Source: Candidatus Saccharimonadota bacterium
Lineage (GTDB): Bacteria; Patescibacteriota; Gracilibacteria; BD1-5; UBA6164
Assembly: GCA_965227835.1 (NCBI GenBank)
Contig: OZ245768.1
Location: forward strand, 750,001 to 782,000
Direction of reading: 5' to 3'
Length of the DNA: 32,000 nt
In this document: positions 10,511 to 21,279 of the stretch, piece by piece
Layout: each line of letters starts with the position of its first letter
Numbering within the stretch: the first letter of the stretch is position 1
The notes under the pieces: model-generated
Databases searched by the model: none
Seen by the model: the letters and a program-made list of their open reading frames with translations, nothing else
What the model was told of the DNA's origin: nothing
Made by a program: the position numbers and the translations under genes

Positions 10511-11547
10511 TATACATAGAAAAAGAAATTTCTGATCTTGAAATAACAAAAATCATTATAGGTAAATTTAAAAATGCTAATATTATATTTATAGATAATT
10601 ACAAAAATATTTTTAGCAAAACTCTACCAAAAAATTCAAATAAATGATCATTTGTTTTAGCTAAAATAAAAACAGATTCTATATTGGAAGCACCAAAAAA
10701 TTATGGGCATAATAACATAAATTCATATTTCCTAAAAACTAGCCTAAATTGTGTATTCAACTGTTCTTATTGCTATTTAAAATGAGCATTTAAAAACGAT
10801 ATCCCTATTTATTTTCTAAATTATGATGAGATTAAAAGTCAAATAGAGAAAAAAATAAACTCTATATCTAACTTGAATAATAAATGAAAAAATGAATATT
10901 TGGATAATGATTATGAATTGAGATTAAAAACATATAAAGGATACAAAAATAAAATTTGGTTTTATTCATGAGATTATTCTGATATAATATGAGCCAATTC
11001 TATCACTAGATTTCTAGAAAATTTCGTGGAATTTTTTGAAAAATTTGATAACTCAATGATGGAAGTCAGAACAAAGTCTTCTAATATTAAAGATATATTA
11101 GACCTATGATTTGTACCAAAAAATACTGAATTTGCTTTTTCTTTAAATCCACAAAACCTAATAGAAAGTTATGAGTTTTGAACTTCTAGTTTAAAAGATA
11201 GAATAAAAGCAATAAATAAATTGCTTGGTTTATGATATAAAGTTTGATTAAGGTTTTTACCACTTCTTCCAGTAAAAAATTACAAAAAAATTTATAGCGA
11301 ATTTGTAGCTCTTATAAAAGAAAATATAGATATGAATAAAATAACTTCCTGTTTTGCTTCAGGTCTTTTGTATACAAAAAAAGATTATAAAGTTATGCTT
11401 AAAAAATATCCAAAACTGGATTTATTGTATAAACTACAAAAAGAAAAAGATGGATTTTTTAGAGAAGAAAAAGAAGTTAGAGACTTTTTTTATAAACTAT
11501 TTAAAAGCCTTGATGAAAAATGTTTTATTTGTTTGGATGAATTTTAA
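10504..11547 (+). CDS. Radical SAM protein of the spore-photoproduct-lyase (SPL/SplB-like) family
   Basis: CxxxCxxC cluster in LNCVFNCSYCYLKG. The start overlaps the upstream stop. 347 aa under table 25, and the C-terminal 71 aa match the supplied ORF 11332-11547. Confidence 0.75.
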
Positions 11548-11686
11548 ATTTAAATAAAAAATATTTATTTTTGAAAAAAGATATGTGTTTTAAAATCTAT
11601 CCCCCCCAATTTTTGAATAAAAATTTAGACAAAAATTTGCTAAAAGCTAGCTCAAAGAATATAATCACATTTATACAGAGTAAACT

Positions 11687-12890
11687 GAGCCTGTTGTAAA
11701 TTAAACTTTGACTATTAAAAAGAGAAAAAAGAGATATAATTAGATAGTAATTATATTCTAAGAAAATACCTATGTGAGAATCAAATCAAATAAGTTTTGT
11801 TATCCTAAACGAGCTAATTCCAGAAAATCATCAATATCGTAAATTTAAGAAATTGTGGAACTTTGATTGAGTAAATAAAATACTAAAAAATATAGATCTA
11901 TGAAAAACTCATGTATGATATTGAGTAAAAAAATTATTTCTATGTTTACTAATCCAGTTTATGGAAGATCTATCAGATAGAGAGTTAGAGAAATATCTTG
12001 CAGAAAATTTAGCTGGTAAATGGTTTTGCTGATTTAAATTAACAGATAAAACTCCAGATCATAGTATATTCACAAGAGCAAGAAAAAAGATATGAACAAA
12101 TGAACTATCAAAGATATTTGAAGATTTAAAAAATCAATTATCAAATAAGGGTTATATGAGTGAAGTGTTTACATTTGTAGATGCTTCTCATTTAGTTACT
12201 AAAGCTAATTTATGGGAAGAAAGAGATAAATGAATAAAAGAATGATATGAAAAAATGAATAATGAAACTCTTCCAAAAGTTGCTAATGATAAGGAAGCTA
12301 AAATTTGATCTAAGTGAAAAAATAAATTTTGGTATGGTTATAAAAAACATGCTAGTGTTGATATGCAATCTTGAATGATAAACAAGATAGCTATAACTCA
12401 AGCTAATGTAACAGATGCAAAGTGAATGAAGCATGTATTACCAAGTTCATGAGCAGTATATGCTGATAAGTGATATTGTATTTGACCGGCTGTAATATCA
12501 ACAAAAAAGAAGTGATTACATCTATGTGCAATAAAGAAAAATAATATGAAAGATAAGAACAAGGATAAAGATAAGTTTTATTCTAAACTTAGATCTCCTT
12601 ATGAGAGAGTATTTTCAAAAATGAATCATAGAGTGAGGTATAAGTCTGTAGTAAAAAATCAGTTTACTGCATTTATGGAAGCTATATCTTTTAATCTCAA
12701 AAGATTAGTTGTTTTAGAGGAAGTCCCAATAGTTTAGATTAGTTTCCTTAGGTGGATTGCGTCTAAAATCCTAAATTATATATAAAAATGGCTATAATTT
12801 AACAAAAAATAGATGAATTTTATAAATCTTTCATCTATTTAGTACTTTTCTTAATTAAAACTCTTTTTAAAGTCAAAACGCAACAGACCC
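11687..12890 (+). mobile_element. IS5/IS1182-like insertion sequence (about 1.2 kb)
   Basis: Imperfect inverted repeats: GAGCCTGTTG…TTTGACT.TTAAAAAGAG (11687-11724) against the reverse complement of CTCTTTTTAAAGTCAAAACGCAACAGACCC (12861-12890). Flanked by direct AAACT at 11682-11686 and 12891-12895. Confidence 0.7.
11772..12737 (+). CDS. IS5-family DDE transposase (321 aa)
   Basis: The table-25 translation reads …FMEDLSDRELEKYLAENLAGKWFCGF…DASHL…YADKGY…RSPYERVFSKMN..VRYKS..KN. It is in frame with supplied ORF 12546-12737. TAG stop. Confidence 0.85.
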
Positions 12891-12946
12891 AAACTAGAAA
12901 ACTGTTCTAAAAAATCCAAAAAATAATATTTTTTAAAAAACACACT

Positions 12947-13921
12947 ATGAAAAAAATTTTTTGTATCATTTTTACTTTTTTTCTAAGTTATTCTTTAACT
13001 TTTTCATATAATTCAAAAGAATGGGTTGATACTATAAATCAAGTTATGAAGGAATTAGAGAACACTAAATATAGTTTTAAATATAATGAATGAAGTTCTG
13101 CAAAGTCTAGTTATCATATATTTTTTGAAGAAAGGATGGTTTGATATATACATGCAACTGATAATTGAATATCTATGTGATGATGATGGCAATGAAATTG
13201 AGAAGTATGAAAATTTTTCACAAAAACTAACTATACAAAAGATGATATTTTAAAATACTTTTTTAAATATGAAAATAATATAGAGAATGTTAATACTGAT
13301 ATAGATAATTTTATAGTAAAAAAAGATAAACTATATTATGACGAAGATTTAGGAAAACTTATTTTTTATTGAGAAATTGATTTAAAAAAGACTTGAAATT
13401 TTATATCAGAACTTTCTCTCAAAATAAACCCTCTAGATGAAGATATAGAACCATTTGGTAGAATAATTTTTTTTATTTTAGATAAAGAAAAAACTAATGA
13501 AATAATTTCTTCGGATTCAATTGAACTATTTAATGATTATGACTATCTGATAGAGAGTTATAATTTTTCTTTCTATGAATGTAGGAAATGAATTGAAAAA
13601 CAAAGTATATATTATGCTGAATGTTTATGAAAGACAAAGATTTGAAGCACTGAATCAAAAAAGGTTAATATTAAAATTGAAAATAAATTTACAAATAAAA
13701 TTAAAAATAGACTACAAGAATTATATAAAAAAATTGAGAAAGAGGAAAAATGGATAGATTTTATAGAAAAATTTGATTCAAAAATAAAAAATCTCGATAA
13801 AAATAAACTAGAAAAAATATCTGAGAAAATTGGAGATATATCTAATAAAATGAAAAATGATAAATATGAGGATTTATTTGAATATATGTTACTTAGATTG
13901 CTATTGGAAATAGGATATTAA
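12947..13921 (+). CDS. Hypothetical secreted protein (324 aa)
   Basis: N-terminal signal-like segment MKKIFCIIFTFFLSYSLTFS. The frame is continuous under table 25. TAA stop at 13919-13921. Confidence 0.65.
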
Positions 13922-13962
13922 AAATAATGTTATTTTAAAATTTATAAATAAATCTAAAAACC

Positions 13963-15339
13963 ATGGATATAAATACAATCATAACTCAAATTTTACTAGC
14001 TCTTTTTCTTTGAGCTTTTATATGACTTCAAAAAGAAATATATCTAAATCAAGAAAAAGAAAACTTAGAATTTTTATGAATTAGAACAAGTATATTTTTA
14101 TCTATACTTTGAACTATCTCTACTCTTTTTATTGAATCCTCCTACATCGTACCAATTTCATTTATATCCGTTTTAGTACTTATATCTATTTCTCATATTT
14201 CATGAGCCTTTAAACTAAACAGATATTGAATAACTGCAGAACTATGAGCATTACTGGTTTTTTTAATTTGAGTACTTATTTGATTTTGATTTGAAGTAAT
14301 TGCCATAATTTTAACCATAATAATAGCTTGAGTTAATACATTTAAAGCAAGTATAAACAAATTTGCCAGTTCCTTGAATATAAAAGAATGGTTAGCTTCA
14401 CTACAACTTCTAGTTTTTTCGGGGGCTATTTTACCTGTAATTCCAAACAAAGCAGTATCAGAATTATTTATATGAACTAAGTTTGAACTCAACGAGTCAT
14501 GACTTTTATACGCAATACTTTCAGACATTAATTTATTTAAAGTATGGCTCTTTGTGCTATTTATATCTTGAATTTGATTTGTTTGATACTTCTTATCAAA
14601 ATTTATTTGAGCAAAAGGCTGAATTCCTATCTCAGCATTTCTTTGAGCACTTTCCAGCTCTACAGCTGTAACTATATCTCTTGCCTCACAAGAAAAACAA
14701 GCCCAAAAAACAAAAGAAAACAAAACTATATCTTTTATATTTGCTTGCTGAATACTTATAGGTATAGCCACTATGATGCTTAGAGTTATCTTGGGAATAT
14801 TTGTTATTGGAGGGCTTAGCCTTTGAGTAAATATATTTTACATTCCCCTTTCTATGTCTATTTTTTCAGCAATTCTAGCTTTTTATTTTTTCAAAAAATA
14901 TTCATATGAAAAGAAAAAATCAAGTGATAATAAAGCAGAAATAAAACTATCTAGTCCTTTTGAGATTATACCTGCTATAAAGTTTGGACTTTTTTATGTT
15001 ATGATTTCTGTACTTATGAATATGGCTATTTATTTTCAAGACTATATAAGTGAAAAAATCTCATGGGTATGAGAAAATATGACTCTATATGTAATTTCTT
15101 TTATATCTGGTTTTGCAGATGTTGATGCTATATATATAAAAGTTTCACAACTTGTTCCAGACTGAAAAATACTTGCCTCTGTTTGAGTGATAACCATAAC
15201 AATAGCAGTTATTATGAATACTATGGTAAAAGCCCTATACATAAAAATTAGCTCTAGTAATTATTTAGCAAAACTTATGTTTTATATGATTTCACTTATC
15301 TGTATAGTTTGAGGAGTTATTACATACTTTGTTGTTTAA
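13963..15339 (+). CDS. MgtC/SapB-family membrane protein with a DUF4010-like C-terminal half
   Basis: 458 aa and polytopic. The N-terminus LLALFLGAFIGLQKE…LGIRTSIFLSILG matches the MgtC-type motif. It is in frame with supplied ORF 14854-15072. The supplied 192-aa ORF 14193-14771 is antisense to it. Confidence 0.7.
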
Positions 15340-15389
15340 AAATTTAATTTTAAAACAAATATAAAATAAAGAATATTAACCAAATAAAA

Positions 15390-16859
15390 ATGAAAATAAA
15401 ATTAATACTAGTCGTCTTTTTATACACTATATCAATAAATCTACTTAGTGCTAACACACAGTGAATAGAAAATATAAAATACAAGAAAAATATACACATA
15501 AATGAAATATTTAGTATAGATTTAAGGCAAATTGAATATGACTTGAAAGAACAAAATAATTCAAATATATTGTTTGAATGGAATATGGAATGAGAAAATA
15601 CTCAAATATGATCAATATTTAAAAAAGAGTTTAAAAAGTCATGAGATTATACTATAGATTTAAGTATATATAAACTATATCTAAAAAACAAGGAACTAAT
15701 AACAAACAAAAAGATAAATATATTTGTCTATGATAAAAAAATAACTGGGATTTTTGATGAATATCTATGAGAAAAAATAGACACGTTTATAGCTAATTCC
15801 AAAGATTCTTGAGTCTATATAGAACCCATTTTGATAAAAACAAAAGATATAGAAAAAATAAGAATATTAGAGAAAATATCAGGAAAAATAGATGAATCAT
15901 GATACATAATAATATGGGGAAACAAAGAATTTATTTTTGATATATTATCAAAAATAAGCTATGAAAAATACGAAAAAAGTTTAAAAATAGTAATAATATC
16001 CCCTTTTAATATAAATATACTTAAAACATATATTTGAAACTTCATATCAAATAAAAGCTTTATAGAAAATACACTATTGATAGACGAATCTTCTAAATAT
16101 GAAATTTTAAAACAAGCACTAGATATAAAGCTTTTAAAGAAAGAAATGTCAAAAAATAATTATGAATATGTAGAAATAAACTCAAAAGAAGAAATAAACC
16201 CTTTTTTATTTGTATCTAAGTTTATAAATAATCTATCAAACAATTGATTCTCAACAGTTGATATATACATCATACTTATTATTCCCTTTTTACTAGTATG
16301 AGTAATAGTGTTTAAACATTTAATATGATTAAGTACAACTTGATTGATAATACCTACACTTCTAACATTACTTTTTATAAAGCTGTCTTTCGTTCCAACA
16401 ATGATAATAACCTCAACATTTTTATTTACAAACTTGCTTATATCAAAACTAATATCTAAATACAAACTACATTATTCCCCAAGAATAGTTTTGGTGACAA
16501 TTATAAACATAATAATTATAATAATAACTATAAATATACTTATAAGAAATAATATGCTAAGCTTAAGTATAAACGATATTATGTTTATAATATTTTTTAT
16601 AGTTATATCTGAGAAAGTTATGAACCTAATAGTATCAAAAGATTTATTTGAATACAGAGATACTATAATAAATACAATAATTTTCTCAATACTGGCATAT
16701 ATGTTTTTCAGTCTTGGTATAATAAAAACATTTATACTTTCATATCCAGAAATTATAATATTTCTAACACCTATTGCTTTTGTTATATGAAGATTTACAG
16801 GCCTTAGAGTAACCGAATATTTTAGATTTAGAGATGTAATAAAAAGTATAGAAGAATAA
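15390..16859 (+). CDS. Membrane protein: signal peptide, roughly 270-aa extracytoplasmic domain, and a C-terminal 7-TM domain (resembles the 7TM module fused to inactive transglutaminases)
   Basis: 489 aa under table 25 and in frame with supplied ORF 16344-16790. The C-terminal tail reads …GRFTGLRVTEYFRFRDV…. The family call is tentative. Confidence 0.6.
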
Positions 16860-16873
16860 AAATATATCTCACT

Positions 16874-17296
16874 CTAAGAAAACCTGCGAATTTCAATTTC
16901 TCTCTGTTCTAGAATATTTGTCCTAAATAAACTTACAGACAAATCTGGAGTATAATGGTCTTTTATAAGCTCTGGCCACTCTATCAAAATAATTCAATTA
17001 TTATTATCCAAGATGTCTTCAGCTCAAATAGAGAAAAACTCCCCATAGTTACTAAGTTTATATAAATCAAAATGAAATATATCTATTTTTTCTAAATCTA
17101 AAATTCAAAAATATTTATTATAATAAGTATAAGTGGGAGAACTAACAACACCTTTAACTGATAATATATTGTTTAATATATATTTAATCATAGTAGTTTT
17201 TCAAGCTCCAAGATCTCCATAAAAAAAAATTATATCTCATTTTTTCAGAGAAAAACTAATATTTTTGATTTCTTTTAGACTATATTTTAACTTCAA
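16874..17296 (-). CDS. tsaE: tRNA threonylcarbamoyladenosine (t6A) biosynthesis ATPase TsaE
   Basis: FFYGDLGAGKTT P-loop (third Gly is TGA, plus-strand TCA at 17201-17203), then SPTYT and EWPE motifs. Probable TTG start. TAG stop. Confidence 0.85.
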
Positions 17297-17398
17297 AATA
17301 AGTTAATTTAAAAATTAATGTGATTTTTTTTGCAAATAATAAAAAAGTATTATACAATTGTTATGTAAAAATATTTTTTATTAATTAAAACTAATCTT

Positions 17399-17749
17399 AT
17401 GGAAACTCTAATAGAAGTAAATAAAAAAGAAGAAAACTGAATATTAATATTCAATATTTCAGGAGAACTAGATGAAACAAATGCCGATAAAACTTTTAAC
17501 GGTATATATAAAGAGATATGAGATTTTAACTCAAAAAAAATTCTTTTAGATCTTAGTGGATTAAAATATCTTAACTCAAAATCTATATGATATATAGCAG
17601 ATATATATTCAAATGTAGAAGATTCTGATAGTAAAATGTATATATCTAATTGTGATGAATGAGTAAAAGATGTTTTGGAACTAGTATGAATTACTACTAT
17701 TGTTCCAACAGTAGATACAAATGAAGATGCTATAAAGGAAATGAGCTAA
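17399..17749 (+). CDS. STAS-domain anti-sigma-factor antagonist-like protein (SpoIIAA family)
   Basis: 116 aa: …ISGELD…ILLDLSGLKYLNSKSIGYI…V.ELVGI…, a typical STAS pattern under table 25. Confidence 0.75.
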
Positions 17750-17787
17750 GTTTAAAAAGACTTAGGTAAATGATTTTTCTAATAAAT

Positions 17788-17813
17788 AAGAGTAAGGAAC
17801 AGTTACTCTTTTT
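17788..17813 (+). terminator. Intrinsic terminator after the STAS gene
   Basis: AAGAGTAA-GGAACAG-TTACTCTT followed by TTT. Confidence 0.5.
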
Positions 17814-17890
17814 ATATAATTATATGGAGCTTGAAGTTCACACTGTTGTTTAAATATTAATTTATAATCTTTTAATTTTAATTTCATGTT

Positions 17891-18580
17891 ATGGAGAAAA
17901 TATTAATTATATTTCTTGGAGTATTTTTTTTACTAACAGGTTGCTCAAATTTTGAGAAAGAAATTATTGATGAAAATCAAGAAACAATTATTTTAAATAG
18001 TAAAATATTAGAATTTTTTTTTAACAATGTTGGTTTTTTTGCAAATACTGAATTAATAAATAATTTTACAAGATATAAATCATCTGAAGAAGAATATACT
18101 TACTTGAATAAACTAGAAATTGTTGACAATAGGACCTCTCTAAACAGACTTGCTTTATTTAGTAAATCTCCATTAGATGATGTGAAAATAAAAATATTTC
18201 CTTGCTCTCAAATGCCTTTAAGTTTTGAAAAAAAAGTAAAAATTTTGTGAGATTGTTTTGAAATTAATCCTGGTACAACTTTTGAAGTTTCAAGAGAGGA
18301 TTTTTTAGTTTTCCCTGAGAAAATATTTAAAAACATTGAAGATTATAATTTTGGACAATCTAAAGAAAAAGGAGGAGTCCTTTTAATGTCATCTACCAAC
18401 CAAGAACATTGGGACGAAACATTTTCTGGACATTATATTGAAAATAATAATCATGAAGTATATCTCTCTTTATTTTATCCTAATAGTAAAGAAAGTGAAA
18501 AAACAAAAATATATTTTACTATGTATTTCAATTTTAATGGATACTATTATATTGATTTTAAAGATAGAAAATATAAGTAA
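17891..18580 (+). CDS. Putative lipoprotein (229 aa if the single TGA at 18248-18250 is read as Gly)
   Basis: Lipobox FLLTGC. Supplied ORFs 17891-18250 and 18386-18580 are in the same frame, and the 135-nt gap between them has no TAA or TAG. Confidence 0.6.
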
Positions 18581-18753
18581 AAAGATATAGAAGAAAAATT
18601 TGAGATTAAAAAGTAAGAATTATGATTGCTTAAATTTTGTAAATATGCCGATAAAGCCATAGAACATTGAACCATGACGGAAGAAGATAAACAAAAACTT
18701 ATTGAAAAATTCTATGAAAGAAATCAAAAGAAAGTTTCATAAAAACATAAAAA

Positions 18754-18788
18754 ACAATTGCTAGAAATGAAACTAGCAATTGTTTTTT
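18754..18788. terminator. Bidirectional intrinsic terminator between convergent genes
   Basis: ACAATTGCTAG-(8 nt)-CTAGCAATTGT, with an A-run upstream and a T-run downstream. Confidence 0.65.
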
Positions 18789-18799
18789 AATTAAGTTTT

Positions 18800-19186
18800 T
18801 TAAACACTATCAATTATTTTTCTTATAGTATTAGAGATATCTCTATCTAAATCCTCTAAATTAGGATTTGAAACAAGTTTTCAGATTATATCCTCTGGCA
18901 ATCAAGTACTAATATAAACATCATCCTCTTTCTCATAAACTATCACTGAACAGGGCAAAAAAACTCCTAAATCCATATCTTCAGACAAGTATTTATAAGC
19001 AATTTCTGGTTTACAAAAACCAAGTATCCTATATTCTCAAAAATTCTCTATCCCCTTTTTTCTTATTTTTTCAGATACATCTATATTTGAAACTAGTCAA
19101 AAACCTTCTTCTCAAAAAGCTATAGAAAGCTCATCTAAAGTCTCAAAAAAACTAAAAGAAGATTTTTTTGTATAAGCAAATCACAT
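18800..19186 (-). CDS. DUF302-domain protein
   Basis: 128 aa: …ILGFCKPEIAYKYL…DLGVFLPCSVIVYEKEDDVYIS…, matching the DUF302 pattern. TAA stop. Confidence 0.8.
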
Positions 19187-19218
19187 AATAAATTATATAA
19201 AATAAATAAATTTTCTCC

Positions 19219-20049
19219 CTAACTAAAAAATTTACTATCTTCTATTTCTCATAAAATTACTCTGCAGGTATACTTTATATCTTCTGTAAAATCAGATTTT
19301 AAAATCCATTTCAAATAACTCTTATCTATATTTAGTATCTCTTCAAAAGTTTTTCATCTATATTTTCATATCTTAATAGTCTTCATACAAATAAATTGTT
19401 TTTTCGTCATTTCAATCATCTTATCAAGAATTTCATCATCACTCAAATTGAGTAATTCTTTTATGATAAAAAACATTTTATAAAAAATCTGTTCTAAAAC
19501 AACTACATCTCAAAAAGCATCGTGAGCATTAACTTTTTGGAGTTCTCATTTTTCATCAAGTATTTCATATATTTCAAAAAAATATCTCAAATATTGCAAA
19601 GTAAAATATTCTGGTTCTTCTCATGACTCTGATTTTAAAACTCATTCACTATGCATTATCTTTGATATCTTAAGAGTATCTATCATAATAGAAGAAAAAG
19701 AAATTCAGGATTTTTCTAAAACATCAGTATCAAATTTGATATTGTGAGCTATAATAATGCTATCTGAAAAATCTTTGCTAAATTTATTTTTAATATCATT
19801 ATCTAAATATTTTCAACCAGATTTTTCAAAGAGCAATTTTTTATATATACCATGAACAGCCATAGAAAAAACTTGTATTCTAGTATCTGTATTAAAAAAA
19901 TAATTTTCATCTATTTTTTTATCTTTTTGATATTTTCTATAAGCAAGCTGAATCAAATCTCAATTTGAGATTACTTTACCTTTTTGATCTTTTAAAATAC
20001 CAGTAGTTTCTGTATCAAAAAACAATATATCTTTGGAATTTTTTAGCAT
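19219..20049 (-). CDS. DEDDh 3'-5' exonuclease (DnaQ/epsilon-like) with a C-terminal KYRGKTFEEI…YLKWIL domain
   Basis: Exo motifs FFDTETTG, AHNIKFD and HDAFGD are present. 276 aa under table 25. TAG stop at 19219-19221. Confidence 0.8.
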
Positions 20050-20151
20050 TTTTAAAATATATAAAAAATTATTTTTCTGCAGAAAGTTAATTTTTCAGCC
20101 TCTAATTAATTTAATAATAGTAACATTATATTAATTACACTAATTTTTACA

Positions 20152-20627
20152 AAAACAAAAAAGCTGGATTATTCCAGCTTTAATATCTTACTGCCACTTC
20201 CCTTCTCTCTTGCTGAACTTTGATTGATTTACTTCAAGTATTGTAACACCAGCAATCTTACAATACTTATAAACGAAGTTCTTTATCAATTTTATTCCAG
20301 ACTATACTGAAACAACTATTCCTCTAACGACGCTAATTGAGGAAAAAATCGCTAGTTGCATCACTTAAAACTCAGTACATAACTGAACTTTAAGGATAGT
20401 TTCTAAAACTATGCACAAAAGAGTAAGGGACAGTCGGATGATAGGGTTTATAACTTTAACCCCTTAAGTATGTATTTCTCAAAGAATAAATGCTTTAATT
20501 AATTGATTAAAAAAGGGAACGGAGATCCCTAGTTAATCTAAAAACAATTATTCAGGAACAAACATCATCCATTTAAATTCATGTAGTAAGAAGAACCTTT
20601 TTGATGTGTCAGTATCTCTAACACACT
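20152..20627 (-). ncRNA. Unclassified structured ncRNA, paralog A (about 470 nt including the terminator)
   Basis: A consensus promoter lies upstream. The body is visibly GC-richer than its flanks and has no plausible ORF on either strand. A long-range helix pairs 20416-20431 with 20193-20212. It ends in hairpin AAGCTGGA-TTAT-TCCAGCTT (20161-20180) plus a T-run on the minus strand. Confidence 0.55.
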
Positions 20628-20803
20628 GGGTATTATATTAAAAATATATTATGAGTCAAATAAAAAATAGTCAATTAATCTTGGTTGCCTATTTAAAAGG
20701 AAAAATAAGACCTTTTTAATAGCTAAAATTATAATGAAAAATACTTCTTTATCCAATTTATTGATGAAAAATGTATAAAGTTTTTGTACAAAAAACATAA
20801 AAA
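20606..20803. repeat. 198-bp direct repeat, copy 1 (promoter block plus the first ~22 nt of the transcript)
   Basis: By eye it is identical base for base to 21258-21455. Confidence 0.9.
20632..20659 (-). promoter_or_regulatory. Sigma70-type promoter of ncRNA A
   Basis: On the minus strand: TTGACT (20659-20654), a 16-nt spacer, then TATAAT (20637-20632). The predicted start is around 20625-20627. Confidence 0.6.
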
Positions 20804-20808
20804 TAATA

Positions 20809-20860
20809 CAAAAATAGATTAATATAATTTCAAAAATAGATTAATATAATTTCAAAAATT
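20809..20860. repeat. Tandem duplication of a 22-bp unit
   Basis: CAAAAATAGATTAATATAATTT occurs twice, followed by a partial third unit (CAAAAATT). Confidence 0.8.
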
Positions 20861-20917
20861 AATAAAATAAATAATTTTTAAATGATATAAGCTATTTTAG
20901 TTTGTTATTTAAATTCT

Positions 20918-21279
20918 TACAAAAAAAACTGTGATTTTATCACAGTTTTATATTTTAACACTCCTTATCTCTCTTAACCAAACTTTAGGAAAGCTTCAGA
21001 TAATATTGAGATGCAACACATTACCGAGTGAAGCATATCATACCGTCATTAGCAGTCCTTATTCCCGTATTTTTGTACGTGGGTGGGAGCAATCAGATCT
21101 CCTATGTGGAGGTCATGCTAATTGCATTCGGAGAAGAGAGAGTAGAGTGCCCAGGCCGTACATTACCTGGAACTTACTTTATGATTTACCAAACGGACCT
21201 AAAAAAACTTAAAGTTTGGTAAACCAAAGGACATCATCATGACACCCGATTTGAAAAGTGTCAGTATCTCTAACACACT
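20918..21279 (-). ncRNA. Unclassified structured ncRNA, paralog B (about 360 nt including the terminator)
   Basis: It has the same promoter and 5' leader as A and is the most GC-rich stretch of this locus. A closing helix pairs 21130-21151 with 20958-20975, and nested helices include ATTAGCA/TGCTAAT. It ends in hairpin AACTGTGAT-TTT-ATCACAGTT (20927-20947) plus a T-run on the minus strand. Confidence 0.55.

Noticed and set aside
12210-12434. Supplied minus-strand 74-aa ORF.
   Set aside because: It is antisense to the IS5-family transposase gene (11772-12737).
14193-14771. A 192-aa standard-code ORF on the minus strand, one of the longest in the supplied track.
   Set aside because: It lies antisense to the MgtC-like gene (13963-15339), which reads continuously under table 25 and has recognisable motifs. 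The minus ORF exists only because sense-strand TGA codons appear as TCA on the other strand. It has no start context or recognisable motifs.
18626-18742. A small ORF (22-38 aa; …MTEEDKQKLIEKFYERNQKKVS) between the lipoprotein gene and the terminator.
   Set aside because: It is too short, has no recognisable family or start signal, and could be chance in an A-rich spacer. It is not reported as a feature.
20521-20545. A tRNA-like T-arm (AGGGA-TCTCCGT-TCCCT) inside ncRNA A, considered as a possible hidden tRNA such as tRNA-Gly(UCA).
   Set aside because: The loop does not match the TTCRANY T-loop consensus, and no acceptor, D or anticodon arms can be drawn around it. I see no tRNA in the window.
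20931-21222. Supplied plus-strand ORFs of 93 aa and 64 aa inside the GC-rich segment.
   Set aside because: Their composition is Arg/Pro/Cys-rich and unlike any protein here. The first starts at GTG (20931) inside the terminator hairpin, and the second (from 21028) has no recognisable start context either. They are open only because the region is GC-rich. The region is better explained as the minus-strand ncRNA B, which has a promoter and a terminator.
20152-21279. Possibility that the two RNAs are RNase P RNA, tmRNA, SRP RNA or 6S RNA.
   Set aside because: By eye I could not find GGAAAGUCC or ACAGAA (RNase P), a GGGG… 5' end with a tRNA-like …UCCACCA 3' end or a tag ORF ending in …AA-stop (tmRNA), or GGAAGCAG/GNAR domain IV (SRP; only a weak AGGUCCG match in B). 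In addition, the two RNAs look like paralogs of each other. This is not a definitive exclusion, and a covariance-model search is needed.
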